A stretch of 29,176 nucleotides of DNA from Cyanobacteria bacterium T3Sed10_344R1. GTDB taxonomy: Bacteria; Cyanobacteriota; Cyanobacteriia; Phormidesmidales; Phormidesmidaceae. The first letter of the stretch is position 1, and every line of letters starts with the position of its first letter. The stretch lies in NCBI GenBank assembly GCA_003566335.1, contig PXDR01000259.1, positions 1-29,176 of the forward strand, read 5' to 3'. Shown here piece by piece: positions 1 through 8,104 of this stretch. The notes beneath the pieces are model-generated. The model saw only the letters and a list, made by a program, of their open reading frames with translations. It did no database searches and had not been told where the DNA came from. A program made the translations under genes and the position numbers.

Positions 1-50
1 CATTGGTAGTCTTTGAGTAACTCGTCGATTAGTTCAGGTCGAAAGGTCAT
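1..50 (-). CDS. IS256-family transposase, N-terminal fragment (runs off the left edge)
   Basis: Not in the ORF track. ATG at 50-48 translates MTFRPELIDELLKDYQ, similar to cyanobacterial IS256 transposase N-termini; AAAGGT RBS-like motif just upstream. Confidence 0.7.
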   Translation of the reverse strand, partial: MTFRPELIDELLKDYQ

Positions 51-120
51 TGGGCTTACCTTTGGTAGTTAGTTCATTAGATCCTGTTTTGACCTCTGAC
101 ACAAACTAATTTACAGTCCC
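1..120 (-). mobile_element. Left end of an IS256-family insertion sequence (terminal inverted repeat plus transposase 5' end); element continues beyond the window
   Basis: Minus strand from 120 reads GGGACTGTAAATTAGTTTGTGTCAGAGG, resembling IS256-family terminal IRs, and lies upstream of a transposase-like N-terminus. The other end is outside the window, so IR pairing and target duplication cannot be checked. Confidence 0.7.
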
Positions 121-178
121 GAATGAGATCGCAACTGCCTACACAATCGCAGCAGGAGAGCGCATCGCTGCCTTTCCC

Positions 179-1345
179 ATGTCCACCATGGATGATCCAG
201 TTCAAGCTTTACGAGAAAATCTCACGAAGTTACTATCTATCCCCAACCAAAATCCGACATCACCGGGGACGCTCCCTTTTGCCGTAGCGATGTTGACCCT
301 GCCCGAACTGGGCCTGCCAGATTCATTACGCAATAGCCTCAATGTATGGCTACAACATCGAGTGACTGATCTGGCACCGTTGATAGCAGCAGCTCAGCAA
401 GCCGTAAAAGAGTCTGTCCCCCAAGTCTCGACCCAGGCTCATCTGCTGCTGTGGGTACGCACTAGTCCTGAATACGGAAGCCAGGATCGCTATCTGGTCA
501 GTGCGTTCTGTATCCCTGAGCCGAACACCTATAACCCCGTTCATGGAACCGGATGCAAACCTCTCAAGGCTGTGGAAGCTTTTAGAGATGCTAAGAAAGG
601 TGACACCATAGCCAGGGGCGAGATGGAACAGGCCTTACAAGCTTGTCTACAAGAAGTCAGCACCAGCTACCGACAGGAAATCTCTAAGAAAGAACTGATC
701 TTGGAGCTACTTCTGCCCATTCCCCTGCTGAATCACGCCGTTGACCAGTGGGATGAGCAAGCCCCTAAACAAGTCCCGGCCCATCTACAACACCTGCTGG
801 AGGAGGCAGAGGCCGTATCGATCCCTCCCATCGGTTATCGATATCAGGTGGTGCTACGAATGGCCGATCGATTTGATCCTTTCTTTGCTCATCTAAGGCC
901 CTTTTGGGAAACTAAGTGGAAGACTTTGAAAACAGCCATTGACACTCGTTATCAGGCGAAACAGGTTTTGATTTCAGGTCACTGCAGCAACTTTCAGACC
1001 GTCTTTGCCAAAGATGATTGTCTGGGCATGCATTTGAACACAACGCTTCCCAATGCCAATATCGATCAACGGCTGCTAGCCCTGGTTATGGGGGCTACTC
1101 CCACAGCCCTATGGCTGCGGCAACCTCAATCTAAAAATAAATATAAGAAACCCTTTAGCGACTTACTTAAACACCCGGTGGGGGACATAGCCTGTAAAGT
1201 CAGAGAAGCTCGTCAAACCGCTTTCGATAAACGGGGCAAGCCCCACTTTGGCCGTCACTTGGCCCTGGTTTGGGATAACCCCCAACTGGTGCCGCCCGAA
1301 GCCGAAATTGCCAACACCCTCGACATGCCCCAAGAGATGCCCTAG
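179..1345 (+). CDS. VMAP-type protein (vWA-MoxR-associated protein, VMAP-C domain), probably 5'-truncated by the IS
   Basis: Motifs LELLLPIPLLNHAVDQW, YQVVLRM..R, WETKW and LALVWDNP resemble VMAP-C; lies directly upstream of MoxR and vWA genes. Frame is open upstream of the ATG back to 122, the IS junction. Confidence 0.7.
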   Translation: MSTMDDPVQALRENLTKLLSIPNQNPTSPGTLPFAVAMLTLPELGLPDSLRNSLNVWLQHRVTDLAPLIAAAQQAVKESVPQVSTQAHLLLWVRTSPEYGSQDRYLVSAFCIPEPNTYNPVHGTGCKPLKAVEAFRDAKKGDTIARGEMEQALQACLQEVSTSYRQEISKKELILELLLPIPLLNHAVDQWDEQAPKQVPAHLQHLLEEAEAVSIPPIGYRYQVVLRMADRFDPFFAHLRPFWETKWKTLKTAIDTRYQAKQVLISGHCSNFQTVFAKDDCLGMHLNTTLPNANIDQRLLALVMGATPTALWLRQPQSKNKYKKPFSDLLKHPVGDIACKVREARQTAFDKRGKPHFGRHLALVWDNPQLVPPEAEIANTLDMPQEMP

Positions 1346-1347
1346 CC

Positions 1348-2397
1348 ATGACAGACTGGAAAATTTTTACCGGAACCATCAACGACGACGGTACCCTGGC
1401 CCCTGAGCCAGACCGCATCAACGCTCTGCCCGATCCACCCAGTTGGCGATCTTTCAGCCAGGGCAGAAGCGGCGAAACCAAGACGGAGCGGCGAGGCAAG
1501 ACTTTTCAACCCCTCAAGGAAGAAGTCGAGATGGTGAATGCTGCCCTTTATTTGCGGCGACCGCTGCTAGTAACAGGCAAACCAGGCACTGGCAAAACCT
1601 CCCTGGCCTATGCAGTAGCCTATGCCCTGGGGCTGGGGGAAGTGCTGGAATGGTCTATTACCACCCGCACCAGCCTGAAGGATGGCCTTTACACCTACGA
1701 TGCCGTTGGCCGTCTACAAGATAACCAGTTGCGGTTCCAGAGCGAGGGCAAACCTGCAAACGAAAAAGAGGCCCAGAAACGGCTGCAAGAAACCCTCAGC
1801 CGCATTGGCGAATACATTACCCTGGGGCCACTGGGTACGGCCCTGCTACCCTCGGACAAACCCCGAGTGCTATTGATCGACGAAATCGACAAGAGCGACA
1901 TCGACCTGCCCAACGACCTGCTGCATGTCTTTGAAGAGGGCAAGTTTCAGATTCCTGAGCTGGTGCGACTTAAGGACAAGGTGAACGGAAAGATCAAAGT
2001 GCAGACTGCCTTTACCGAAGCCAGTGAGCCTTCCCACGTAGAGATTGAAAACGGCCTGGTACCCTGCACCAACTTTCCTTTTGTGGTCATGACCAGCAAC
2101 GACGAGCGTGACTTCCCCCCCGCCTTTCTGCGGCGCTGCCTGCGGCTGGATATGGCCGACCCCGATCGCAAACGGCTGGAGCAAATTGTTAACGTTCACC
2201 TGCAAGATGCTGGCACCCACGTCAACAAACTGGTGAAACAGTTCTACGACAAGCGCCAACTGGAAAAGGGCATTCTCGCCACCGACCAACTGCTGAATGC
2301 AGTCTACCTGGTCTCTCGCAAGCAGGCTCCCACCGGTAAGACAAAAGACGAGCTGGTTGAGCAACTGCTAAAGTACCTCGATAGCAACCAGGGCTAA
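1348..2397 (+). CDS. MoxR-family AAA+ ATPase
   Basis: ALYLRRPLLVTGKPGTGKT (Walker A), LLIDEIDKSDIDLPNDLL (Walker B), TSNDERDFPPAFLRRC; 2 nt after the preceding stop. Confidence 0.93.
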   Translation: MTDWKIFTGTINDDGTLAPEPDRINALPDPPSWRSFSQGRSGETKTERRGKTFQPLKEEVEMVNAALYLRRPLLVTGKPGTGKTSLAYAVAYALGLGEVLEWSITTRTSLKDGLYTYDAVGRLQDNQLRFQSEGKPANEKEAQKRLQETLSRIGEYITLGPLGTALLPSDKPRVLLIDEIDKSDIDLPNDLLHVFEEGKFQIPELVRLKDKVNGKIKVQTAFTEASEPSHVEIENGLVPCTNFPFVVMTSNDERDFPPAFLRRCLRLDMADPDRKRLEQIVNVHLQDAGTHVNKLVKQFYDKRQLEKGILATDQLLNAVYLVSRKQAPTGKTKDELVEQLLKYLDSNQG

Positions 2398-2401
2398 GCC
2401 C

Positions 2402-5062
2402 ATGAAACAGTCCCTGCAGCAGCGACAGACGATCTATGATTTTGCCAAATTGCTGGACCTGGCAGAGCTGGGCTTTAATGCCGAAGACGTAGCCGATGCA
2501 GCCTGGCTGGCTCAGTTCATTCCTGCTGAGCCGCTGCCAGAGGACTTGGGGGAGCCTGAGATCAGAGACGATGACTCTCAGGACACCCCCATCATTGAGC
2601 GGCGAGAAGGGACCACCACCGAGGGCACCCTCCCAGTCGCCACCACCCCAGCCACATCCCCCCAAGCCAACGAAACCGAGGACGCTCCACCGGCAGGGAT
2701 TCCCATTCAAATACCGGCAGCACCGGCCCTCAGAGCAAGGCGAGACCTGGCCAAGGCCTTGCGCCCGCTCATGCGTAAGGTGCCCTCCCGCACCGCCACC
2801 ATGTTTGATGCCGATGCCACCACCGAACAGATTGCCGAGCAGGGCATTTGGACTGCGGTTATGGCCCCCGCCCCAGAGCGTTGGTTTGAGCTGGCCATTG
2901 TGGTGGAGCAGTCTCGCTCGACGCCTCTCTGGCAAGACACCCTGGCGGAACTCAAACTACTGACCGAACGCCAGGGAGCCTTTCGGCGGGTTAGCACCTG
3001 GCAAATCCAGATGCAGGGCAATGTCCCTGTATTGAATCCCAAGTGGCACCAGGGCGACATTTCCCAACCCACCTGTAACCACAAAACCCTAATTGACCCC
3101 GCCGGTCGAAGGTTGATCTGGCTGGTGAGCGACTGCACCTCTGCCCTTTGGCAGCAGACCCAGATTTACCAGTGGCTGAAGGATTGGGGCAAGCAATGCC
3201 CCACTGCCCTGGTGCAGCTCTTTCCTGGTCGTCTGTGGTGGCGTACTGCTTTGGGAGACGGGATGCCGGTACGGCTTAGCGCCTACACCCCAGGGGTGCC
3301 AAACACTCAGCTTCAGATGTCTGAGGTGCTGCCCTTTAGCGAACTGGCCCAGGCGTTAGGCACTCAGCAAAGCCAGGTGATGCAGGCATTTCATAAGTTT
3401 CAGCAAGAGACCTTGGCGACGGTGCCAGTGGTTAGCTTAGAGGCATACCCGCTAAACCAGTGGGCCAGGGTGATGGCGGGTGGGGGGGATGTCTATACCC
3501 CCGGCTACAGTTTTAACGAAGCCACCCTACAGGCCTATCGAGAGCGCAAACAGGCTACCCCTCCATCTCGCCAGCTTTCGCCCAAAGAACGGGTGCAGCA
3601 GTTTCAAAAAACAGCTTCAGCAACGGCCTTTAAGCTGGCCGGGCTGATGGCGGCGGCCCCCGTTAGCCCGCCAATTATTCAACTGATTCAGCAGACGCTG
3701 CTGCCCGAATCCCAGCAGTTACATGTGGCGGAGGTCTACATGAGTGGCCTGCTCAAGGCCGTTACCCCTGCCGAGGCCAAGCTCCCTTCCCACAAAATTC
3801 AGTACGACTTCCTCAACGACGAAATCCGCGAGCATCTGACGGACTACGTCCCCATTGCCAAGACTGAAGCCGTGCTGGATGCGGTATCGGCCTATATCTC
3901 GGAACGTTTAGGGCTGCAGACCAGAACTTACGAAGCGCTGCTGCTGCTTGATCTGGAAGGTCGCCCTAAAGATCAAGATGTTGTGGTGCCCTTTGCTCGT
4001 ATTGCTAAACGGGCCTTACGACGACTGGGCAGCGACTATGCCGAACTGGCCGACTACATCGATGCACCTGCTCGCCTCCAAATTCCAGTACCGCCTCAGC
4101 CGCCGAGGGATTTTCCTGAACTCAAAACGTTTGAGTTTGAGTATCCGCTGATTGAGATCACGGCAGACCCTGGTGCCCCCTCGCTAGAAACCTTGACCTA
4201 CGAGACTGTGCGGGTCAACAACCGGGGCCAAGTCGTTGAAACCATTCCAGGCACAGCGCAATATTTTCGAGATGTGCTGGGGGCTTCCCCAGACTCTGAT
4301 CCGCCTGTCCTCGACATGGTTGCCATTCCCGGCGGCACCTTTATGATGGGCTCCCCTGACAATGAACCAGGCCGAAGGGATAGCGAAGGTCCTCAGCACG
4401 AGGTGGCGGTGCCTGCGTTCTTTATGGCCAAAACCCCCATTACCCAGGCCCAGTGGCGAGCCGTGGCCCAGCTAGAGCAGGTAGATCGAGAGCTCAATCC
4501 AGACCCGGCCCGCTTCAAAGGCGATGACCGGCCGGTGGAGCAGGTATCTTGGCTCGACGCCATAGAGTTCTGTGCCCGCCTTTCGCGCCTCACCGGGCGA
4601 GACTATCGCCTGCCCACGGAAGCAGAGTGGGAATACGCCTGCCGAGCGGGCACCACTACCCCCTTCAACCTTGGCGAAACCCTCACCGGAGATTTGGCTA
4701 ACTACAATGCTTCGGCCACCTATGCCGAAGAAGCCCAAGGGGAGTATCGCCGAAAAACCACCCCAGTCGGCAGCTGCCCGCCCAATGCCTTTGGCCTGTA
4801 CGACATGCATGGCAACGTGTGGGAATGGTGCCAAGACCACTGGCACGGCAACTATGAAGGCGATCCACCGACCGACGGTAGCGCATGGTTATTTTCTGGC
4901 GAGAGAAATAAGGACTATCGTACTCGTGTGTTGCGGGGCGGTTCCTGGTACCTCAATCCGCGGAACTGCCGCTCTGCCTGTCGCAACGACAACCTTCCGG
5001 GCGCCCGCAACGTCTACTACGGTTTTCGTGTTGTTTGTTCTGCCGCCAGGGCTCTTCCCTAG
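2402..5062 (+). CDS. vWA-like (SAV_2336-type N-terminal) protein fused to a C-terminal FGE-sulfatase/CLec-fold domain
   Basis: N-half: ALRPL, AIVVEQSRS (MIDAS-like), LIWLVSDCTSALW. C-terminus: [45 protein letters not shown]...GFRVVC. Confidence 0.85.
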   Translation: MKQSLQQRQTIYDFAKLLDLAELGFNAEDVADAAWLAQFIPAEPLPEDLGEPEIRDDDSQDTPIIERREGTTTEGTLPVATTPATSPQANETEDAPPAGIPIQIPAAPALRARRDLAKALRPLMRKVPSRTATMFDADATTEQIAEQGIWTAVMAPAPERWFELAIVVEQSRSTPLWQDTLAELKLLTERQGAFRRVSTWQIQMQGNVPVLNPKWHQGDISQPTCNHKTLIDPAGRRLIWLVSDCTSALWQQTQIYQWLKDWGKQCPTALVQLFPGRLWWRTALGDGMPVRLSAYTPGVPNTQLQMSEVLPFSELAQALGTQQSQVMQAFHKFQQETLATVPVVSLEAYPLNQWARVMAGGGDVYTPGYSFNEATLQAYRERKQATPPSRQLSPKERVQQFQKTASATAFKLAGLMAAAPVSPPIIQLIQQTLLPESQQLHVAEVYMSGLLKAVTPAEAKLPSHKIQYDFLNDEIREHLTDYVPIAKTEAVLDAVSAYISERLGLQTRTYEALLLLDLEGRPKDQDVVVPFARIAKRALRRLGSDYAELADYIDAPARLQIPVPPQPPRDFPELKTFEFEYPLIEITADPGAPSLETLTYETVRVNNRGQVVETIPGTAQYFRDVLGASPDSDPPVLDMVAIPGGTFMMGSPDNEPGRRDSEGPQHEVAVPAFFMAKTPITQAQWRAVAQLEQVDRELNPDPARFKGDDRPVEQVSWLDAIEFCARLSRLTGRDYRLPTEAEWEYACRAGTTTPFNLGETLTGDLANYNASATYAEEAQGEYRRKTTPVGSCPPNAFGLYDMHGNVWEWCQDHWHGNYEGDPPTDGSAWLFSGERNKDYRTRVLRGGSWYLNPRNCRSACRNDNLPGARNVYYGFRVVCSAARALP
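4931..5062 (+). repeat. Candidate DGR variable repeat VR1 (3' end of the vWA-CLec gene)
   Basis: Near-identical to 7973-8104. Between 4949 and 5020 the differences are confined to codon positions 1-2 of N-N-C/T codons; 5019-5056 is identical to 8061-8098. Confidence 0.8.
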
Positions 5063-5129
5063 CCCTTTGCCCTCTAGTACTCTTGCACTCTATCTTCTCT
5101 TCTTTACTCTCTCCCCTGGCACGCAGCGT

Positions 5130-5175
5130 CTCGCGCCCAGGCTCTGCCTGGATGCGCCCCCCGAGGCTCCGCCTC
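5130..5175 (+). repeat. REP-like double hairpin downstream of the RAYT gene
   Basis: CCAGGC-TCT-GCCTGG followed by GAGGC-TCC-GCCTC; inverted copy at 5751-5796. Confidence 0.75.
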
Positions 5176-5177
5176 AA

Positions 5178-5711
5178 CTAGCCCAAAATCGTCACCGACA
5201 ACAACCCCTCATCCCCCACGCAGCTTCGATAACTGGAATAGCGCCAGTGGGTCGGGTCATCCACATATCCCCGCTCTACTGGGTTGTTGTGGATATATTC
5301 CAGCTTCTGCTGGAGCATGGTCTCAGAATCAATCAGCTGTGGGTGACTTCCCTCCTGCCAGAGCTGGTATTGCTGCTCCGTCTTGTGCCGCAGCTTAGCT
5401 TCCTCCATCCGCCGCAACCAGCAGCTCTGGGGCCGATTTTCCCGCAGCCAATCCACAACCGACCTAGACGTAAACGATTTGAAGTGGCCAATCTCTTTGG
5501 ATAGGTTCTCCGCTGAGGCGATCAGGTGCAGGGGATTCTCCATGATCACGTAACTGTAAAGGGTCAGCCGTTGCTGGTCTTGGAGAAACTTGAGGGAGTC
5601 CAGCACAATCGAGACCAGGGGTGGCTGGCTAAAAATAGGCATCCACTCAACGGTGGTGCAGGTTAAAAAGTGGGGTTGAGTGCCTATGACTCGATAGCGC
5701 GATCGGCCCAC
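5178..5711 (-). CDS. REP-associated tyrosine transposase (RAYT, Y1/IS200-like HUH family), with an altered HUH motif
   Basis: PHFLTCTTVEW, YVIMENPLHL (family pattern is M.NH.H), FKSFTSR, LWQEG, KLEYIHNNPV, WRYSSY; GTG start; flanked by REP-like hairpins. Confidence 0.85.
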   Translation of the reverse strand: MGRSRYRVIGTQPHFLTCTTVEWMPIFSQPPLVSIVLDSLKFLQDQQRLTLYSYVIMENPLHLIASAENLSKEIGHFKSFTSRSVVDWLRENRPQSCWLRRMEEAKLRHKTEQQYQLWQEGSHPQLIDSETMLQQKLEYIHNNPVERGYVDDPTHWRYSSYRSCVGDEGLLSVTILG

Positions 5712-5750
5712 GGAGGATAATAGAACTCGGCTTTCCTAAGGTTCCCGTTT

Positions 5751-5796
5751 GGAGGCAGAGCCTCCCCGGTGTACCCAGACAGAGTCTGGGCACGAG
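5751..5796 (-). repeat. REP-like double hairpin upstream of the RAYT gene
   Basis: GGAGGC-AGA-GCCTCC and CCCAGAC-AGA-GTCTGGG; its reverse complement aligns with 5130-5175. Confidence 0.75.
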
Positions 5797-5840
5797 ATGG
5801 CACTTACAATAAGTACAACTCCATCGCTCGCAGGCAAACC

Positions 5841-6425
5841 ATGATGGCTCAGGTGTTCTCTCCCCGCATCCACGAGGCCCAGGTCTTCCCCAACGTGGGT
5901 TGGCCCCAGTTTGAGGCGATTGATCGAGCTTTTGATGCCATCCCCGGCGTGCGACTGCGCTACCTCGACAACGCCCTCGAAATCATGCCCATCAGTGAAG
6001 ATCACGAAGACTTCAAAGCCATTCTGCGGTTGCTGCTGGAGGCTTACCTGCGGGCCAACGGCATCCGATTTTATGCTCGCGGTGGCCCCTCCCTGGGGGA
6101 TGAAGCCCTGGGTGCCCGCAGCGAGCCCGACGAGGCCTACAACCTGGGTAGCCGCAAGCCCTACCCCGACCTGGTGCTGGAGGTGGTGATCACCAGCGGC
6201 GGCATCGACAAACTGGAAGGCTACCGTCGTATGGGAGTGGCCGAAGTGTGGTTTTGGGAAGACGGGGTGCTAAACCTCTACGGACTGCGGGACGACGGCA
6301 GCGGCTACGACCAGCTCAACCAAAGTCGGCTGCTGCCCGACCTGCCTCTGGATTTGCTCTGTCGCTACGTCACCTACCACGACCAGTTCGATGCGGTGGA
6401 TGAGTTTCTGCGGCAACTTAGCTAG
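5841..6425 (+). CDS. Uma2-family (DUF820) endonuclease-fold protein
   Basis: RLRYLDNALEIMPISEDHE, SEPDEAY, PDLVLEVVITS, GVAEVWFW. ATG at 5841 preferred over the track start 5769, which lies inside the REP. Confidence 0.88.
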   Translation: MMAQVFSPRIHEAQVFPNVGWPQFEAIDRAFDAIPGVRLRYLDNALEIMPISEDHEDFKAILRLLLEAYLRANGIRFYARGGPSLGDEALGARSEPDEAYNLGSRKPYPDLVLEVVITSGGIDKLEGYRRMGVAEVWFWEDGVLNLYGLRDDGSGYDQLNQSRLLPDLPLDLLCRYVTYHDQFDAVDEFLRQLS

Positions 6426-6455
6426 GGTGGGGTGTTCTTCGAGATGCCCCACCCT
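6424..6455. other. Stem-loop immediately after the Uma2 stop (terminator- or REP-like)
   Basis: Perfect 9-bp stem AGGGTGGGG (6424-6432) / CCCCACCCT (6447-6455); no clear U-tract. Confidence 0.4.
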
Positions 6456-6540
6456 CCCCCTTAACCCCACTCAGGCCCTGGCGCTACTGCTCCAACCCAT
6501 AGGGCTAAACTTGAGACAGATTTCCTTAGTATTGAGTGCC

Positions 6541-6804
6541 ATGGCAAAGACCAACGTTGTCAGCATCACCCAAGAGCGTCAATTTGCCTTCCCACCAGAA
6601 ATTCTCGCAACCTTAGAACCCGGAGACGAGTATCTGCTGTGGCAAACGGACGACACCATTGTGCTGAAGAAAATTACCCAACCCGTCTCCTTAGACACTT
6701 TGTTTGAACGTATTGAAGCCCTTGGCCCTGACCCTGACCAGCCCACAGAAGCCGAAATCTGTGACATTGTAAAAACTATTCGCCATGAACGAGCCCAACC
6801 TTAA
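6541..6804 (+). CDS. AbrB/MazE/SpoVT-type antitoxin
   Basis: From ATG 6541: VVSITQERQFAFPPEILATLEPGDEYLLWQTDDTIVLKKI matches the swapped-hairpin pattern; overlaps the PIN gene start. Confidence 0.75.
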   Translation: MAKTNVVSITQERQFAFPPEILATLEPGDEYLLWQTDDTIVLKKITQPVSLDTLFERIEALGPDPDQPTEAEICDIVKTIRHERAQP

Positions 6805-7225
6805 CATCGTGCTCGACACCAATGTTTGGGTTTCAGCCCTGCTGTTTGGCGGCAAACCAGCTCGCCTGGTTCAACTAGCCCGCAAGGGTCAAGTGCAGAT
6901 TTGCATGTCTCGGGCTTTGCTGAGTGAGCTTGCCGACGTGCTGCACTATCCCAAGTTCCGCTCTCGTCTACAACGCCTTGGCACTACTCCAGAAGCACTG
7001 CTCATCAACGTCTCACGGTTAGTATCTTTTGGCCAAAGTGTCGCCCCCATCAATGTGCCAGAGCTGCGGGACCCCGACGATATTATTGTGGTTGAAGCCG
7101 CGATCGCAGCCCAAGCCATCGCCATTATTTCTGGCGACGACGATCTTCTAGTCCTCAAAAGCGTTGCGGGCATCGATATTCTGACAGCGACCCAATTCCT
7201 TGCCCAGTATTTTCCCGAACTTTGA
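6785..7225 (+). CDS. PIN-domain (VapC-like) toxin
   Basis: IVLDTNVWVSALL, LLSELADVL, RDPDD, IISGDDDLL acidic PIN motifs. Confidence 0.9.
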   Translation: MNEPNLNIVLDTNVWVSALLFGGKPARLVQLARKGQVQICMSRALLSELADVLHYPKFRSRLQRLGTTPEALLINVSRLVSFGQSVAPINVPELRDPDDIIVVEAAIAAQAIAIISGDDDLLVLKSVAGIDILTATQFLAQYFPEL

Positions 7226-7246
7226 GCTAACCCAAAGCCCTGCCCT

Positions 7247-8104
7247 ATGGCCCAACTCACCATCACCCGCCACAAAGCAACCGCGCAATACTTCACCGAA
7301 GACCTGGGCGACGGCATCGGCCTGGATATGGTGCTCATCCCGGGCGGCACCTTTTTGATGGGGTCACCCGAGGACGAGCTAGATCGCTTCAACGACGAAG
7401 GTCCTCAGCACCAGGTGACGGTGCCCACTTTCTTTATGGGCAAGTTCTCCATCACCCAGGCCCAGTGGCGAGTGGTGGCCGAAACCTATGCTCAGGTAAA
7501 CCAGGAACTCGACCCAGACCCAGCAAGCTTCAAAGGCGACAACCGCCCAGTGGAGCAGGTGAGCTGGCAGGATGCGACGGAGTTTTGTGCGCGGCTGAGC
7601 CAGGACACCGGGCGCGAGTACCGTCTGCCCAGTGAGGCCGAGTGGGAGTACGCCTGCCGAGCCGGGACGACTACCCCCTTCCATTTCGGGGAGACCATTA
7701 CCACCGACCTGGCCAACTATCGCGGCGTGGACGATGACAGCATGGACTGGAAAGGCAACTACGGAAAAGGTCCCAAGGGCATTTACCGAAAAGAAACCAC
7801 AGAGGTCGGCAGCTTCCCCCCCAATGCCTTTGGCCTGTACGACATGCACGGCAACGTGTGGGAATGGTGCCAAGATCACTGGCACGACAACTACGACGGG
7901 AATCCGCCGACAGACGGCAGCGCATGGTTATTCTCTGACGAGAGAAAAGAGAAAGATGATCATACTCGCGTGTTGCGGGGTGGTTCCTGGGTCGACCTTC
8001 CGCGGTACTGCCGCTCTGCCTGTCGCCTCTACAACATTCCGGACGCCCGCTACAACAGCGACGGTTTTCGTGTTGTTTGTTCTGCCGCCAGGGCTCTTTC
8101 CTAG
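7247..8104 (+). CDS. Stand-alone FGE-sulfatase/CLec-fold protein, paralog of the C-terminal domain of 2402-5062
   Basis: [45 protein letters not shown]...GFRVVC; clear nucleotide similarity to about 4316-5062. Confidence 0.9.
   Translation: MAQLTITRHKATAQYFTEDLGDGIGLDMVLIPGGTFLMGSPEDELDRFNDEGPQHQVTVPTFFMGKFSITQAQWRVVAETYAQVNQELDPDPASFKGDNRPVEQVSWQDATEFCARLSQDTGREYRLPSEAEWEYACRAGTTTPFHFGETITTDLANYRGVDDDSMDWKGNYGKGPKGIYRKETTEVGSFPPNAFGLYDMHGNVWEWCQDHWHDNYDGNPPTDGSAWLFSDERKEKDDHTRVLRGGSWVDLPRYCRSACRLYNIPDARYNSDGFRVVCSAARALS
7973..8104 (+). repeat. Candidate DGR variable repeat VR2
   Basis: Paired with 4931-5062; same codon-position-1/2 difference pattern and identical 3' block. Confidence 0.8.

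Noticed and set aside
96-140. Outward-facing hybrid promoter at the IS256 end driving the VMAP operon
   Set aside because: TTTACA (110-115) resembles a -35, but no acceptable -10 lies 16-18 nt downstream.
5769-5840. Track start 5769 for the Uma2 gene, and 6391 for the antitoxin
   Set aside because: 5769 lies inside the REP hairpins and 6391 overlaps the Uma2 gene; ATG 5841 and ATG 6541 give family-typical lengths.
4472-7885. Similar antisense ORFs at 4472-4846 and 7379-7885 (both begin [11 protein letters not shown])
   Set aside because: They are the reverse-strand shadow of the duplicated CLec domain, not independent genes.
4316-8104. Calling the FGE-sulfatase domains formylglycine-generating enzymes or ergothioneine enzymes
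   Set aside because: No sulfatase or egt context, and the variable 3' tip fits a ligand-binding CLec fold.
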